Translations under genes and position numbers: made by a program
Shown: positions 12,817-26,116 of the stretch, in pieces
Position numbering within the stretch: position 1 is the stretch's first letter
Layout of the letters: each line of letters begins with the position of its first letter
The notes under the pieces: generated by a model
Database searches by the model: none
Seen by the model: the letters and a program-made list of their open reading frames with translations, nothing else
What the model was told of the DNA's origin: nothing
From: Marsupella aquatica
Lineage: Eukaryota > Plantae > Marchantiophyta
Length of the DNA: 64,000 nt
Reading direction: 5' to 3'
Assembly (NCBI GenBank): GCA_973895155.1
Contig: OZ316897.1
Location: 2,359,312-2,423,311 of the forward strand

Positions 12817-13160
12817 TGTTGAGCATAGACAACATTTGTAACGGCAAGCCCATGAACCATCCAACGCACAATAGTCGACACAGAGAGATACGTGGTTCAC
12901 CTCCACATGAGGCTACGTCCACGGGAACACACAAGAGCTTTACTGCACTCTAGGCCGACCAGCCATACCAAGCATCCACAACACAAGCTCTCCCTATCTC
13001 TCAACTAGCTCCATGACAATGAGCCTAAGTTCCACCAGGGTCTGGCATCAGCCCTGGCTATATACACAACAACACTACCACTAACATTAGCTAAGTCCTA
13101 ACCCGAGTTAGACTAACTACGGTTAGCTCATGAGTCACAAGACTAGAGCAATATCTAACA
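12817..13160 (-). repeat. 5' LTR of Copia copy 1
   Basis: 344-bp direct repeat of 6296-6639, followed by TSD TTTGG. Confidence 0.97.
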
Positions 13161-14639
13161 TTTGGCACCTTTTTTCAGTTTAACTACTATGTTGCCACTT
13201 TCTTCACCTGACAGAACATTGTTTTGTCAGATTACATACTTTGGCATTTGTTCGTTGAATCACAATGTTGCCACCTTTTTCCACGGCCACTTTTTTTTGT
13301 CAGATTACATACTTTGCCACCTTTATAAGTTGAATTACTATGTTACCACTTTTTCAACTGCTGGTTAAGCCGTGTAACTCTGGTTAACATGGAATGATCC
13401 AACACTCAATATCCTACAGGTTTTCAAAATTGGACAATTGTCACCATCCTCAACTTATTCTCAACACCCTTGCCCAGCCTTCAACAACAGGCAAGGGCTA
13501 GTGGGCCAGCCAACTAGAAGGGGGACGAGGTGGTTGGGGCAGGAGAAAAGTAAGAGACACAATTACCCAATGTTGAGGGTTGGAAAGAGTGTTGTGGTTA
13601 TGATAGAGGACATGGATGACCATCTGACAGTCCCGCTGACAGTGAAACCTGGTTAGATGTTGACCATAGGATTGTTCAGGTTAACTAGAGTCAATTTGCT
13701 TAACCACTTGTGGAAATAGATGGCAATCGGGATGGCAATATAGTATTTACACCAAAAAAACTGGCAAAGTGTATATTTGGACAAAACATAGTGGCAATGT
13801 AATAACTCAAACAATTGTAAACACATGCAGGCTTGAAAGGTTAAACTTGGTTGTTGCTACTCACTTGTAGGAGTAACGTGTTCAACATTTAAGACTGTTA
13901 TGTAATTTAGTTCTTTTGGATTATAGTGATTATTGACCTGAAACTGGAAGAGCCAGTCCCCATCTAGAATCAAAAAAACTTTGTGTGTTATTAGAGGCGT
14001 CTGAACCCCACTTTTGGGGGATTATGTTTATAAACTCTCCTTGAATGAAAAGAACTTCGAAGTGTAACAAGAGGCGTCTGAACCCCACTTTTGGGGCGGG
14101 TGTATTAAAAGTTCATGGTGAAGTTAGAACCCGGCACCTGAGTCGCCCCACTCTCGCGCACTACCAGTAACCCATGGACTGCACGATGTTCATAAGCGTC
14201 TTCTTTAGGTATTTAGTTTTAGTCTGCGGGCAACTACCGGCTACCGGCAGCTATCGACTAATGGAACAGGCGCAACACAACAGCATTTAATGTGAAACCC
14301 ATGATTTATAGAAGGAAATTTGCAGCTCACCTATGCCAGCACTTAAGAGACTATTATTAGATTATTGGCCACACGATTCATAGATGCAAAGTAGCATTGA
14401 TTAGCCTATAAGTAGCTTGCTTAGCTGGCGGCATATGCTAGACCGCTTATTAGCTTGAGTATGATCAGTAAGCTTGATTAATGCAAATTAGCATTGAGTA
14501 TGACTAATTAATGCAAATTAGCATTGAGTGGTCCATAAGTAAGACCCGTTTATTAGCTTGAGTATCATCACTGAGACTAATTAATGCAAATTAGCATGGA
14601 CCGACATCGCCCATTGCAATTCCACATTGAAATCACCAA

Positions 14640-14640
<1 letters not shown>

Positions 14641-14670
<30 letters not shown>
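14641..14670. repeat. (AC)15 microsatellite
   Basis: Direct reading of the sequence. Confidence 0.95.
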
Positions 14671-14675
<5 letters not shown>

Positions 14676-16369
14676 CTGTACTGCGTGAACCATTTACAAA
14701 ATCACATGGCAGGGAATGAGAATGAGAGAATGTGCAGGAATGCACATTCCCTCGATAGAATGTATTTATTTGGGGAAGTGTGCACACTGACATCCAGCTC
14801 AAAAATGTATACACATTTGAAACAGTAGCAAACCCTGTATAGACATAGTAAGGGTTTATGTCTTACGGTCGAACTCATGATAGCGGGTCACATTCGTAAA
14901 TGGGTGATGATCGCCCAAGTCCAGGGCCGCGTGGTGTGGAAGGGGACTCGCGTCCCTAGGCAAGAGGGACGTGGGGTCAGGGCGTGGGAGGGATAAGGGC
15001 TGGTGGCGGGGACAGGAACTCGATAAGGGCTGCTCGCGGGGACAGGGCGCGGGAGCCTTTGGCTGGCGCTGCCCGAATGCCTTTGACGCCTGCCCGATTC
15101 CGTTATGCCACTGTAAACACTGAGGGTGTAATCACACCTCTAATGGCGCATTGAATGACATCAACATTGCCAATCACGCTGAATAGCCGCAAGACTAATT
15201 AATGCAAATTAGCATTGATTAGCCAATATGTAGCTGCCCGCCTGTGTCAGACCTACTTATCAGCCTATCAGGGAGATGTTGGGTTTTGGTACTGTGAGAC
15301 CCCTATTAGATCCTGCCCACCAAATTGCCTAGGGGTTAGAGACCTCTACTCTTATGTATCTGTAGGTTTAGCTTTCCCAAACCCCATCACTGTGCTCTAC
15401 TAGTATTGCACTTCAATGCTCTAAAAAGCAATCCATTTGATACCAAACAGAGAATCGCAAGGTCTTTTTGTCTTTTTAAGATCGGTTTCATATTTATGTA
15501 GTTCATGAACTTCTAGAATCCTTACACCAATCCCTAAAGCTGCGACAGATTTCAAATTATTCCTAGTGCTGTGTACAACGCATGGTAGAACTGTTAGTAA
15601 CTTGTGCTAATCAGAGGATTCAGGTTATGTATTTGGGTTGCACGCTCTTCAGAACCATTCATAATGTGTAGGAGACAGGACTCAAAAAGACATTGGCTCA
15701 TACCAACATGAAACTGCAGCTCCCACTGCCAGATTTCGACCTCGGACTAATCTGTGTCTCGTCCTTAAACATAGTCCCAGAGCATCGTCATAGAGCTCTT
15801 CAGTAGTGTTCTGGATCAGGATTAATTGGATTAGGTGCGGAAAATTGGGAGGCGCCCTCTTCATTTGGATTGTACATCAAAAGCATACTGAACCGTGAAT
15901 TCATGGAAGAACGTCAAACCCGGTGTGATTAATAGCATGCAAGTTATTCAAGCTGAGCCGACCAAGTGCACGGCAAGCTTCAAGATTAGTATAGGCAATA
16001 CCAGTTCATCTGGCCCCAATCAAGATATTCTTTACTGAAATTAGTTGCCGGATCGATTGGGTTCGGAAGTTGCCCCCTTTCTCCCTGATAGTCATCAAGG
16101 GTATATGAGCTCGGGATCATTTAGTGATATGGCACATGGAGCAACCAGGCTCCCCCTTCCCTCTGATCAGGTCAGCCTACTGAAAACTTGGGGACCGGAA
16201 AAGTGGAGAGAATGACATTCAGGTCCCTGAGCAGGAAAGTGGGATCGATTGAATTGGAGAGATTTGAACCATTATTTGACAATCTTGAGGAAAATATGGA
16301 GGATGGTTCTGCATATCTCCAAGATGCCTTCATCTTGAATTTACGAGGATAATGTTCACATCGAAAGCC

Positions 16370-19300
16370 CTAAGCATAGTAATTCAAGCTGGCCTTCTTC
16401 TTAGCTTGGACTTGGATGATGCCCTCGTTGAAATCCTCGTGCGTAACCTGTGCCAGGTAAAGAGAGTTTACGCGAGAATACGCATGTAGCCTCTAACCAG
16501 GGTGACAAAGACCAGAACTTGAATTCAAGGAATCTTCAAATGACATGTAATGAGAAAATATATAGAACTCACGTTGATCTAATCTGGGGGCTTACCTCAG
16601 TAGCATCTCGTCGGAGAGCAAGCATTCCAGCTTCAATGCACACGGCCTTCAGTTGAGCTCCATTGAAGTCATCAGTCGACCGTGCAAGTTCCTCAAAGTT
16701 CACATCTGGTCTCACATTCATCTTTCTAGAGTGAATCTGCAGCCAGGCACACGAGTTCCACTCACTGATTAATCGAGGAATAGTCTAGCATGCATTGGAT
16801 ATTGAGGACACACGGATTGGTAATACTTCCATAAAGCAAGATAGTATGCACACCTGTAAAATGCGAGCACGAGCTTCTTCAGTGGGATGTGGGAACTCAA
16901 TCTTTCGATCAAGACGACCAGATCGCATCAGGGCTGGATCCAAAATATCAGCACGATTTGTGGCAGCGATGACCTGTAACATTGGGAATCAGTGTTGACA
17001 TCTGTAAGACACGCAGAAACGAACCGATCATAGAAAAAACTCTTCGTTGAGCTAAGGATCCATGAAAACATTTCCTATTAGTTTAGTAGGACTGAGGCTC
17101 ACCTTGATTCTGTCATCGCTACTGAAACCATCAAGCTGATTTAACAATTCAAGCATGGTCCTTTGCACCTCTCGATCTCCACTAACTTCACTGTTGAGAC
17201 AAAAAAATTGGTTCACACTTGTCATTGGAGGAAACAACGATATGTTTAAGAAGCTCACATGCAAAAAAACGAAACGGCCACAAGTAAGCAATGTCTATTA
17301 CGAACTTTCCATCTCTGCTATGGATCCAAACCTTGCCATAACTGACATAAGCAAATTCAAATATGTGGCACAGCAGTAACACGATACGGTGACAAATGAA
17401 ACTGCCCTGCTCTCTTCCAGTGACCAAATTAATTACTTTGACCATTGAGCAAGCCCCAGCTTTAAGATGCGAAGGAAACCTGTCAAAACGCTTGGTTCCA
17501 ATCGCATCAACCTCGTCTATGAAGATAATGCAGGGAGCCTTCTCCTTAGCCAATTGAAAGGCATCCCTGACAAGCTTTGCTCCATCCCCAATAAACATCT
17601 GCACGGGAAAAAAGATTTATTAGATCTTTTGAAGTTTTCACTTACACAATTATCTTCGTGGTATATAGAATTTTCTGCTGCAAACTGTACTGTGACAAGT
17701 ACCAGACAGTAGGTAAACTGGATTAAATCTCTAATGATGTGGTACTTCCACTACAACAATAACCGTACCTGGACAAGTTGGGGCCCTGCAAGCTTTAAAT
17801 AAGTTGCATTCGTTTGGGCAGCACAAGCACGAGCCATAAGTGTTTTCCCTGTTCCTGGTGGACCATAAAGAAGAACACCCTTAGGGGGTCTGATCCCAAT
17901 TGTCTCAAATCTCTCTTTGTGAGTCATCGGAAGGACAATAGCTTCCACCAATTCTTGAATCTGCGACAAACAAACAACGAAACACTCAGAGAAAACAACA
18001 AAAGTCTTGACAGTGGATTGCGAAGGCGACCTATCCCCATTGGGTTATGATTTAAAGGAGAAAACAGATTAATCGACAGTTGTTCATAACATGTTCGCAA
18101 ACTACAATTTACAGCTCTGTAGCCAAATGTAGAACCCTCTCTGGGATTTGTATAGGTGCCCACCTGCTTATCAAGACCTCCAATATCACTGTAGTCCTCT
18201 GTTGGCTTTTCATCCACCTCCATTGCCTTCACGCGTGAGTCGTACTCTGAGGGGAGAGTATCGAGGATCAGGTAACTATCCTTGTTTACACCCACTAAGT
18301 CTCCTGGCTTCAATACATCCGGGTCTACCAGGCCAACCACAGGTAAGAAGATAGTCTGCACATGGACAAAAGCATGAATTAGAAATGCGGATCAGAATAC
18401 CACTCAAGAGGCTTGCAGGTCAATATCAGATAATTCCATTGTATTAGAACTCGGACGTTCAAGAATCACTACAGATTTTATAATTCCAAACAGGTTCCTC
18501 GAGCCTGTAGACTGAGCGTGACTTGTATCGGCCTCCGATAGTGTACAAAAAACAGCGGAAACTCCTGATGATGAAACGGCCACTTCACTAAAAAGGTCCT
18601 TTCCAGTTTCACGATTTTCGTATTCTGGGAAAATTATGACTACTGAGTTCAAACATTTCACTTAAAGGGATAGAATGCATGACACCCAGCACACGGGCGC
18701 TTACTTGTCGAGTTGAAGTCTTTAAGACCACACACTTTCCTTTTCTCTGCGAGTCTAAGTCAACATTTGCCCCATCCTCTTCAGCTTCATCTTCAGGACT
18801 GACATCTAAGATCTGTACGCAATGAGCAGACACGTCATTAGTCACCAGAAAAGTCTGAAGGACCTGCTCAAATTCCATTCAAACGTTAATGGAATACCAG
18901 ACACGACTCTTCTTGGAAAGGGTAAAGTCACTCCTAGGGGGCTTCTTATCAGTACAACAGGCTCACTTCCAATTTCGTCATCCTATAGTACCTCAAAAAA
19001 CATGGCAAGCAACTGTAAAAGAACATAAACTGTAAACACTCTTCGCAGATTGATTAACTCCTTTAGGATGTCAATAGTATATGAGCTCAGCGCTTGCAAA
19101 TCCATACATCCATGAACGCGTCTTAGGGAATATCCAAAAACTTAAAGCAATTTGGCATGTGAAGGTCGTAAAGGCCAAATTCCGAGCCCTATTTTCTAAA
19201 ACTAATGCAGCGGTAGTCAATCCTATTCACATCATCTCCATAGAATCAATTCCGTTGAAACTCATAGATGAACCCTAACTCCAACAATACCTTGGTTTAA

Positions 19301-20143
19301 AACCCTAACACTTCGTACCTCAACCACGTTACCCACGAGATAGGGCAACTGCTTGTTCAACTTGATTTTCTCCTGATTCTCTTTGATCTTCTCCCGAGTT
19401 GCTTCATGTTCTAAATTCAGTCGCTGGAGTTCGTCCTACAGAAATAGACCAAAATGGTGATTGCAACCCCAAGTCAACGCCAAGAAACTATCCCAACTGC
19501 TTGAACCAAAACGTCCCAAATTCTTTCCTGTAACCTCACCTAAAGTACCCATACCTCTAGCCACTTGCAAGACACGGTATACGCCAAGGCATACGCAGAG
19601 AGCTCTTCTCAAGTAAAGTCTGAACAGACTGAAATGCTCAAACCATGAGAAACGAAGGGATAAAACGAGATTCTAGAGTATAAACAACAATCAGTAACAG
19701 AATTGGCGGAGCGTCAGTCTGGTGTGAGCACACTAACGAAAACAATTGGGTGTGGACAAGCCACAGAAACGGATAGAATTCCTGCTATAGTCTTACGCAG
19801 AAGACGCAAAACACCCTAACATTACCTACAACGTTCATTCGCACTACGAGAAACTCGAAACCTCATTCATAGGCCCAATTAACACAGAAAGGATAAAGCC
19901 CAAAAAACCCTAATCCACAACAGGCACAAACAAATAAAAGCCTCGTCCGAAGCAAGATAAACCCCTCACAGCAGTTGCAACGAGCACAAGCTTTAGCGTG
20001 CGTATGAGTGTACAAACCCTGAGCACACGTATTTCATTGTCGAGAAGCCGACTGCGGCGATTAATGTCGTCCGTGGTCATGCCCGCGAGCTCGTCGGTGA
20101 CATCATCGAAAATGTCCGCCTCGTTGATCCCGGAAGCCTCCAT
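16370..20143 (-). CDS. RPT5: 26S proteasome AAA-ATPase regulatory subunit 6A (RPT5/TBP-1), 10 exons, 426 aa
   Basis: Exons 20018-20143, 19319-19435, 18705-18812, 18164-18355, 17769-17960, 17480-17598, 17103-17190, 16854-16973, 16596-16736 and 16370-16447; all GT-AG and in frame (1281 nt). Motifs [20 protein letters not shown] (Walker A), IIFIDEVD (Walker B), [28 protein letters not shown], and C-terminal HbYX LNYYA. Confidence 0.98.
19872..19913. promoter_or_regulatory. Two site II motifs (TGGGCY) plus a telo-box in RPT5 intron 1
   Basis: GGCCCA 19872-19877, AGCCCA 19897-19902, AAACCCTAA 19905-19913. Confidence 0.35.
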
Positions 20144-20361
20144 CGCAATGGAAGGAAGCTCAGCGATGGCGATCAGAATGACGAGCAGCACGGTAGAAAG
20201 GCAGCCCCGCTATTCCAATTCGAAGCAACGACTCCAGTGGTGCAATTCGCACCGGCACCGGCACCGAGCAACTCCCTTCACTCGATCGACTTTCGACGAG
20301 GCATGAAGAACGTCACGAAACACCAAACAGACTATACTCCCAGCAAAGTGCAAATCTTAAG

Positions 20362-20852
20362 GTACAGCTTTTTGCTAACGTGTACCCCAAACCATCCTGT
20401 ATTACTAATGTGCCCCCAAATTAAATTTAGTTATCACCCTCTTAGTAATGTGCCCCCAAATTAAATTTAGTTATCAACCTCCTAGTAATGTGCCCCCACG
20501 ATAAATTTAATTATCAACCCCACTCCCCATTTAGTATACAGGAACCTTAGTATTAACTCAACTCGTGACCGGGTTGTTGTTGCCATTGGCAAACCCTTAA
20601 CCTGCCGTGACCCCCTTGGTCTCCGTTCCTCTTCCCCATTGCGGGGCAGAGTCGTAGGCCCAAAGGGGGAATGAGGGGGGTTGTGGGGGGGGCTAAGGCT
20701 AGCCAATGATGGCTGGCCACATGGCAATGGGAACCCGGTGTCTCAAGTTAGTACTAACCAGTATACAAAATGGAAGGCAGGCTGATAATAATTTTGGGGG
20801 GTGTGTTAGTAATACCGGGTATTTTGGGGGACAGGTTAGTAAAAAGCTGTCA
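20362..20852. mobile_element. MITE-like element with ~60-bp imperfect TIRs (Mutator-like?) upstream of RPT5
   Basis: Left ACAGCTTTTTGCTAACGTGTACCCCAAA..GTATTACTAATGTGCCCCCAAA versus right reverse complement ACAGCTTTTTACTAACCTGTCCCCCAAA..GTATTACTAACACACCCCCCAAA. Three internal ~41-bp tandem units at 20404-20520. No clear TSD. Confidence 0.75.
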
Positions 20853-23800
20853 GAAGGTATTAAATGTTTAGCGTGTCATAGTTCAAAAATGGGGAATTAC
20901 CGCGCATTACCCCCACAAGCCAGAATGGACCTCCATGTTTGCCAAAATACTCAAATAGACTTCCGCAACTCTGATGGGACAAAATGGAAACTCATATAGT
21001 TTAGGGTCCCTCATTATTTTCTCCTAGAAAGACCAAATGAATTCGATTTAAATAGCTAGGCCACATATAGAATGGGGGCAGAACCCTCTTTCTTGCTCAT
21101 AGGATACAAGAAAACAACAATCATCTTTGCAAATTTGTAGGTCTCTCAATTCCTAATGAAATTAGAGTATATTGGGCTCATTTGAAAGATCTTTCCAAGC
21201 AGAACAGAACAAAATCAGATTCCATTACATATAGAGGGAGATAGTGAATGTTTTTGAGCAAAGTTTGGAGCATGACTGATGGAGTAATCTTTAGAAATAC
21301 ATAGCTTTCAAGTTTACATGGAAACTAAAGATACTTGCCTGGTTGGAAAGATCTTTCCCAAGCAGGTTCTAACAAGCCCAAGAATAGCCGATTAAGGTCA
21401 AACTTGGCTACTGAAAACTTTTGGAAACCATAATGGTGTCCATGAGTGAAAGAGTAAAAAGTGTCACAGTACATGGAAGTTGCATGGTTGATGTGCTTGG
21501 TCCATTGGAGCCTAAATTTAATACCCATAAGCTGCCAAAAACTACCAAAAATACCCCTAAACTTGTTGTAAAAAAAGCTAATGAACCCCTTCAAATTCTC
21601 TGCATAAGGAGCAAGTGGAGAATAAGAGTAAACAATCTCAATCTTAGATCATAGAGGTCTCAGAATACAAAGGGATCACCTAATTAAGATTTCAGGGTGG
21701 GGAGTAAGAGGGAACAATCTTGATCTTTGATAGAGTTTAAGATTTGGAGATCTTAAACTCTGAAAAGCAATACAGCAAAACCATGTTGGCTATGCAAAGT
21801 GCAAGTGCAAGGTTATAATCTGTAACCCAAACCATGACCCTAGCTAGTGAAAAGTAAGGAACATATTGGCCAAAAAAAGGCATTTGGACAGGCAGTTTTG
21901 TAAATTTCTAACTGATACTTTTGAAAACTTGCAAGAGGTTTTGTAAATTTCCCTTAAAAATCACTCTAGTGGTACTAAATGGTTGGCTCAACTTAAGTTC
22001 TGGCAATAACATGGATACCAGGTCCCTGACATAGCAAGAAATAAACCATCAGCTTGCAATTCCACTTGCTAAACTGATACCTTTAGTCTACTTTCAAAGG
22101 AAATATAGGTTCATTTGCTTTGCATTGATACATTACATGCAAGTTGAAAGTATGTAAAAAGAGAGAAATTAGTTCGTGGACCCCTTGGCTAATAAAATCA
22201 GGGGAAGAGTCGATCTGAGCCGTCTCCATTTGTCATCTCCGGAAATCTTGTCCGTCCATCTTAATGGCCAATCTATGGCTCAAAAGAAAGATCTCAAATA
22301 GATCTATGGATGGGTTCTGTCCGTTTTGCAAATGGGTTAATATTTTCAAATGAAAAATTAAACAAATCCAAGCCTTCCTAGCCGTCGATTTTGTTGATTT
22401 TACGATCTTTGCCGTCCATTTTGTAATGCCTCTAGAAATCTTATTCATCCATGTTAGAAGGCGATCTAGGGTGAAAAAGAAAGATCTCAATGAGATCTAC
22501 GACTGGGTATTTTTCATTTTGAGAATGAGTAAATAGTTTTGAGTATAAAATTCGATGATCTTTCAAGATTCCAGCCATTCTTCCTCCCCGATCCTGGGTT
22601 TCTATGTGCTCTTCCCAGCATTAATGGCCGTACAATACGAGAGGTCCTTACATACCGGGAGTTACGGTTTAACAAGGAAGTTATCAAGTTAGTTATTAGT
22701 CATTATTTATTATATGAAAAATACTTTTTATAAATCTTTGAATTTAAGTTTTAAAATTGGAAATGTAATTAAAACGGTTACATAGTGACAGTTTTAACTG
22801 TCTTGCTTTTTACATTTCCAATGTTTTTACTTTTCTTTTTATGGCATGGCGTCCCAAAATTTACACCCAAATTGACACAAACACGAATGAAAACTACAAG
22901 TTTAATTCACAAAACCGACGAGTCTTGTTTGTTGCGGTTATTGTTGATGTGGCACGCTATGGTGCCAGGAATTTTAGAAGGGACCTCTAGTGGCGTCCGT
23001 AACTACAAAGTTCTGCCCAAAACTGTGCTATCCAAAGGCTATCAATAATGTAATAAGGCTGCATATTAAGTGCAGGACATGAGAGCCTATTGAATGTCTT
23101 CTTTTCATTCCCTCTTAGAATAATTTTGGACTGTATAAGGAGTGAAACTACTGCTGTTGGCTTTATTAAATCAGCCCATTTCAGATTTGGTGCCTCCAGA
23201 TTCTACATGGCAAGCAATGGGCTCAAGTAAATGTTGATGTGGAGTGTTTAGGGTGGCTTTATATGATGTTATGGCTAAGAATCTTCATCAGTAATGCTAT
23301 CCTTCTTGATGCACCCCTAACTATGCTCATTTTAGTATCTTACCACCTAGGTCTTTTAACCAGGTGATCTAGCTGCCCTATCATGCATTTTGTGTGGGAA
23401 AGGCCTTCCCTTCAGCACCTTGGACACTTTCCTCCAAGCCTGCGAGAAAGGGGAAAAAATGCTTTGAAAGTAAGTTTAAATTACACCCCAAATGATATTC
23501 AGTTGGCTATTTAGTTAACTTGATCCAACTTGATAACATTGACACAATTACCTAATAAAATGAGATCAAAAGGTAGGATAAGGGCTTACTCTCTAGAGTG
23601 AAGCCTCTAGATCATGACTTTGGAGCAGAGTTACTGTTTGTTGTGGGATTGGAAACGAACAGGATGTACTCACCATCTATTTATGAGCAGCTCAGGCCTT
23701 CTTGCAAGCATTTAGGCTAGTATTAGCAATTCAATGCAGAGTGCTCACATACGTTGCTAGCTACTTAAAGTTGTGTTATTGGAACATCCCCCCCTAACTT

Positions 23801-26116
23801 GGGGATTGTATCTGGGCCCAGATCATTACATGTGACTATCGATAAAATAGTTCAATCACTTGGCTAACTTGAGCCAAGTTGATAACAGTTACAGAAGAGA
23901 TAAGTGATGGGATGACGACAAGTTTGATTCCTGATCCACTCTAGGAAAGAACTGATCAGTTGAAAATATGCTACATTAAGAGTTCTTTTGGGGGGGGGGT
24001 AGGGACAAGGGGAAGAGGTGGTGTTCCTGGTGGTATGGGGCTTTTTTTGGTTTTGTGCATAGGTCTAAAAAGCATGAGTTTGGATTAGTGTAAACAAACA
24101 AGTCTATGCTGAAGGCGGAATCTCATTAACTTGCATTGGTTCTTTCTCAAATGCTTTCCTAATGCTTTCCTACATCTTGCATGCGAAATGGTCTCCCAAT
24201 GAAAAGTCATTCTAATGATATGTACTGTAGGTTTTGGGGCATCCAAGGTGTAAACCAAACATCTGTTGCCAAGGTATCAAGGATGGAGAAGGGAATTCTG
24301 ACTAAATGTTTTGAAGCATTCAAGTTAGTCCCCTGCAAAACCAAGAGTGTGCAACATCCTGTTGTGTGCCAAGCCCAAGTCCCAATTGGCTAGGGAAGAA
24401 AGGAAATTCACAGAAGAGGTTTGGGAATACTACACCTCTCCCAGGTTCACACAATGCCCAACATGAAAACATACACTAATATCATGGGCAAAAGCCCATA
24501 GAGGCATGAATTTGTGACAACTCACTTGAGTAGAGACTGATAGGTCTTAAGTTCAATTGTTATGGGTTGACTCTTCCCTTTCTATGGGGTTTCACAAATT
24601 TCTTTAAAAAAAAATTATAAAAAAATTATAAAAAAACATCATGGGCAAGCAATTTCTCTTCAGATGATGTTCTCAGTAAGACATCTTTGCTATGGTCCAA
24701 TTACGATGACATGCTCGTGATGAATAGGTCATCAACATTGAAACAATGCAATCATTGAAATAAACAAACAGAGAGTCACGGGATAGAAAAGCTCCCCATT
24801 AGAAAGTATGACTATTTTCTCTCGTTGCGCTTTGCGGAGCTCAATCAAAGTGGCACGCCTTCTGTATGCCACATTGCTCACTTTATTCTCTTGGCTGATT
24901 CATCAATCAAAGTGGCGAAAGTTTTGCGTGCCACATCGTTCGTTGCGAAACTAGGGTAGAAGCATAGATTGGACAGTTGTTGTACACGCAATATTTGTGC
25001 CATCCCCATGAATTGTTAGAGGAGTACATGCGGCACTGCGTCGGTGCGCCCATCAGCGAAAAGAGGGGCATATGAAACTTCTCAAACATCTGACCGGCCC
25101 GAAAGTAATTTAAGAGCCTCCGCATACAGTAAAAGTCAAATTCAATCTCACAAACGCAAGTAGATAAATGCTGTACTTATTATACAACTCTGAATAACTT
25201 AGAACGTCCTGGTAAGTCAAGAGCTACACCACAAAATATTCAACTCGCCTGAGTGTTACTGTCCCCAACGAGTTGAAGATACCATAGATCTTTTTTCCGT
25301 GTTCAATGGTGAAAGAGAATTCTCACAGTTCCACGAATGCGTCATCATTCGTGGATGGACTCTACTACCTACCTATTATACATCTCAGCAAAGGGATTGG
25401 CAACGACAAAATGATCAACTCATCAAAAATCAAATGAGGATCCCTTCCACTTCAAATCTACATGCGCGTCCAAAATCAGTATGTTCTGCTGACAGTTGCC
25501 GGGACGGATCTAGGATCTAGCAAAATTTTACTTTTCCATTCAATGGTGAGCTAGAATTTGCACAAAGCCATAACAAGAGTTGTTGGTATTATGACCAACT
25601 GTCTATGATACATCTCGAGAAAGGGCCTTTAATGCATTCATCACCCAGCATCAAAGTGATTCTACTATTGAACCTGCCTGACTTCTGCACTGATTCGAGT
25701 GTCGCCATTGCTTTGATAGCAAGCTGACATGACAGGAGCCAATCAACACTCAGCTCTGATGCCAATTGTGGAGACTTCTTCCCAACTCAGCGAGGCAATC
25801 GGAGTTTACTCCCATGTCGTGCATTTGTCCTTCCAAGGAAAAGGAGACGGGAAAATTGCACTGGATGGAACATGCCGCCGTCTTGAGGTCTACGAACCAT
25901 ATCACCAGAAGGCGGCCCGGGCACCAAAATTTCAATTCGCAGGTAGTATACATGACTTTCTCTTGTAACCTCTGGGGAACAACTATGAACCATAATTGAA
26001 TCCCAATCTAATATACAAATCGACCTCTTCACCGGGATGGATATGCAATGTGACCTGCAAATCTTATACATCGCCAAAATTTCCCGGAAAACTTCCTCAA
26101 GTGCCATTTACAAGGA

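Larger units (their letters stand above)
6296..13160 (-). mobile_element. Full-length Ty1/copia LTR retrotransposon, copy 1 (Tnt1/Tork-like), decayed
   Basis: 344-bp LTRs with TG...CA ends, TSD TTTGG (6291-6295 / 13161-13165), iMet PBS, PPT, and gag-PR-INT-RT-RH domain order. Confidence 0.98.

Noticed and set aside
20890-21955. Possible Mutator-like element (GGGAATTAC...GTAAATTTCCC)
   Set aside because: The terminal match is only about 10 bp and the TSD is imperfect; boundaries cannot be supported.
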